From the IMG/VR virus record IMGVR_UViG_3300043036_000358, positions 8,975-72,974 of that record: a DNA stretch of 64,000 nt. One strand, written 5' to 3'. Source of the DNA: a virus. Lineage: Duplodnaviria > Caudoviricetes. This document shows, one piece after another, positions 63,946 to 64,000 of the stretch. A model generated the notes under the pieces. The model had not been told where the DNA came from. It ran no database searches and saw only the letters and a program-made list of their open reading frames with translations. A program made the position numbers and the translations under genes. Each line of letters starts with the position of its first letter. Positions within the stretch are counted from its first letter, which is position 1.

Positions 63946-64000
63946 TATATAATCCCCTAGGGGATTATCTTTGAATTAATCTGGAGAATAAAAATGTTTG

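Noticed and set aside
1-64000. Stop-codon reassignment explaining the fused ORFs
   Set aside because: Standard code gives intact, densely packed genes; recoding would fragment ORFs rather than fuse them
1-64000. tRNA/rRNA genes
   Set aside because: No cloverleaf with T-loop GTTCRA in any intergenic gap; gaps are short and explained by promoters or terminators

Overview
64 kb segment of a lytic T5-like siphophage (Demerecviridae-like gene order). The host is Gram-negative (spanins present) but cannot be named. The + strand from 1 to 14.9 kb is the replication/recombination/nucleotide block: DnaB-type helicase (3' end), primase, family A polymerase, D10-D15-like genes, an inserted HNH endonuclease and glutaredoxin, dUTPase and a class II ribonucleotide reductase. 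From 15.0 to 18.4 kb is a self-contained accessory operon: a Gly/Gln-rich coiled-coil protein, a collagen/BclA-type protein, two small beta-module paralogues and Dps. This is the best candidate for an undescribed system. The - strand from 18.4 to 62.1 kb carries phoH, an extended lysis cassette, two chaperone-cleaved fibre plus adhesin cassettes, a lambda-like tail tip, tape measure, frameshifted tail chaperones, tail tube and neck genes, an in-frame protease-capsid fusion, portal, nicking endonuclease and terminase flanked by two GIY-YIG genes. After a G-tract-rich non-coding stretch (62.1-62.4 kb) come small + strand genes (T5 A2-like, HAD phosphatase) with very different Leu codon usage, probably the start of the terminal-repeat/pre-early region. 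Sigma70-type promoters occur throughout. No tRNA, rRNA, CRISPR array, integrase, reverse transcriptase or intein was seen. All homology calls come from motif recognition by eye, not from database searches.
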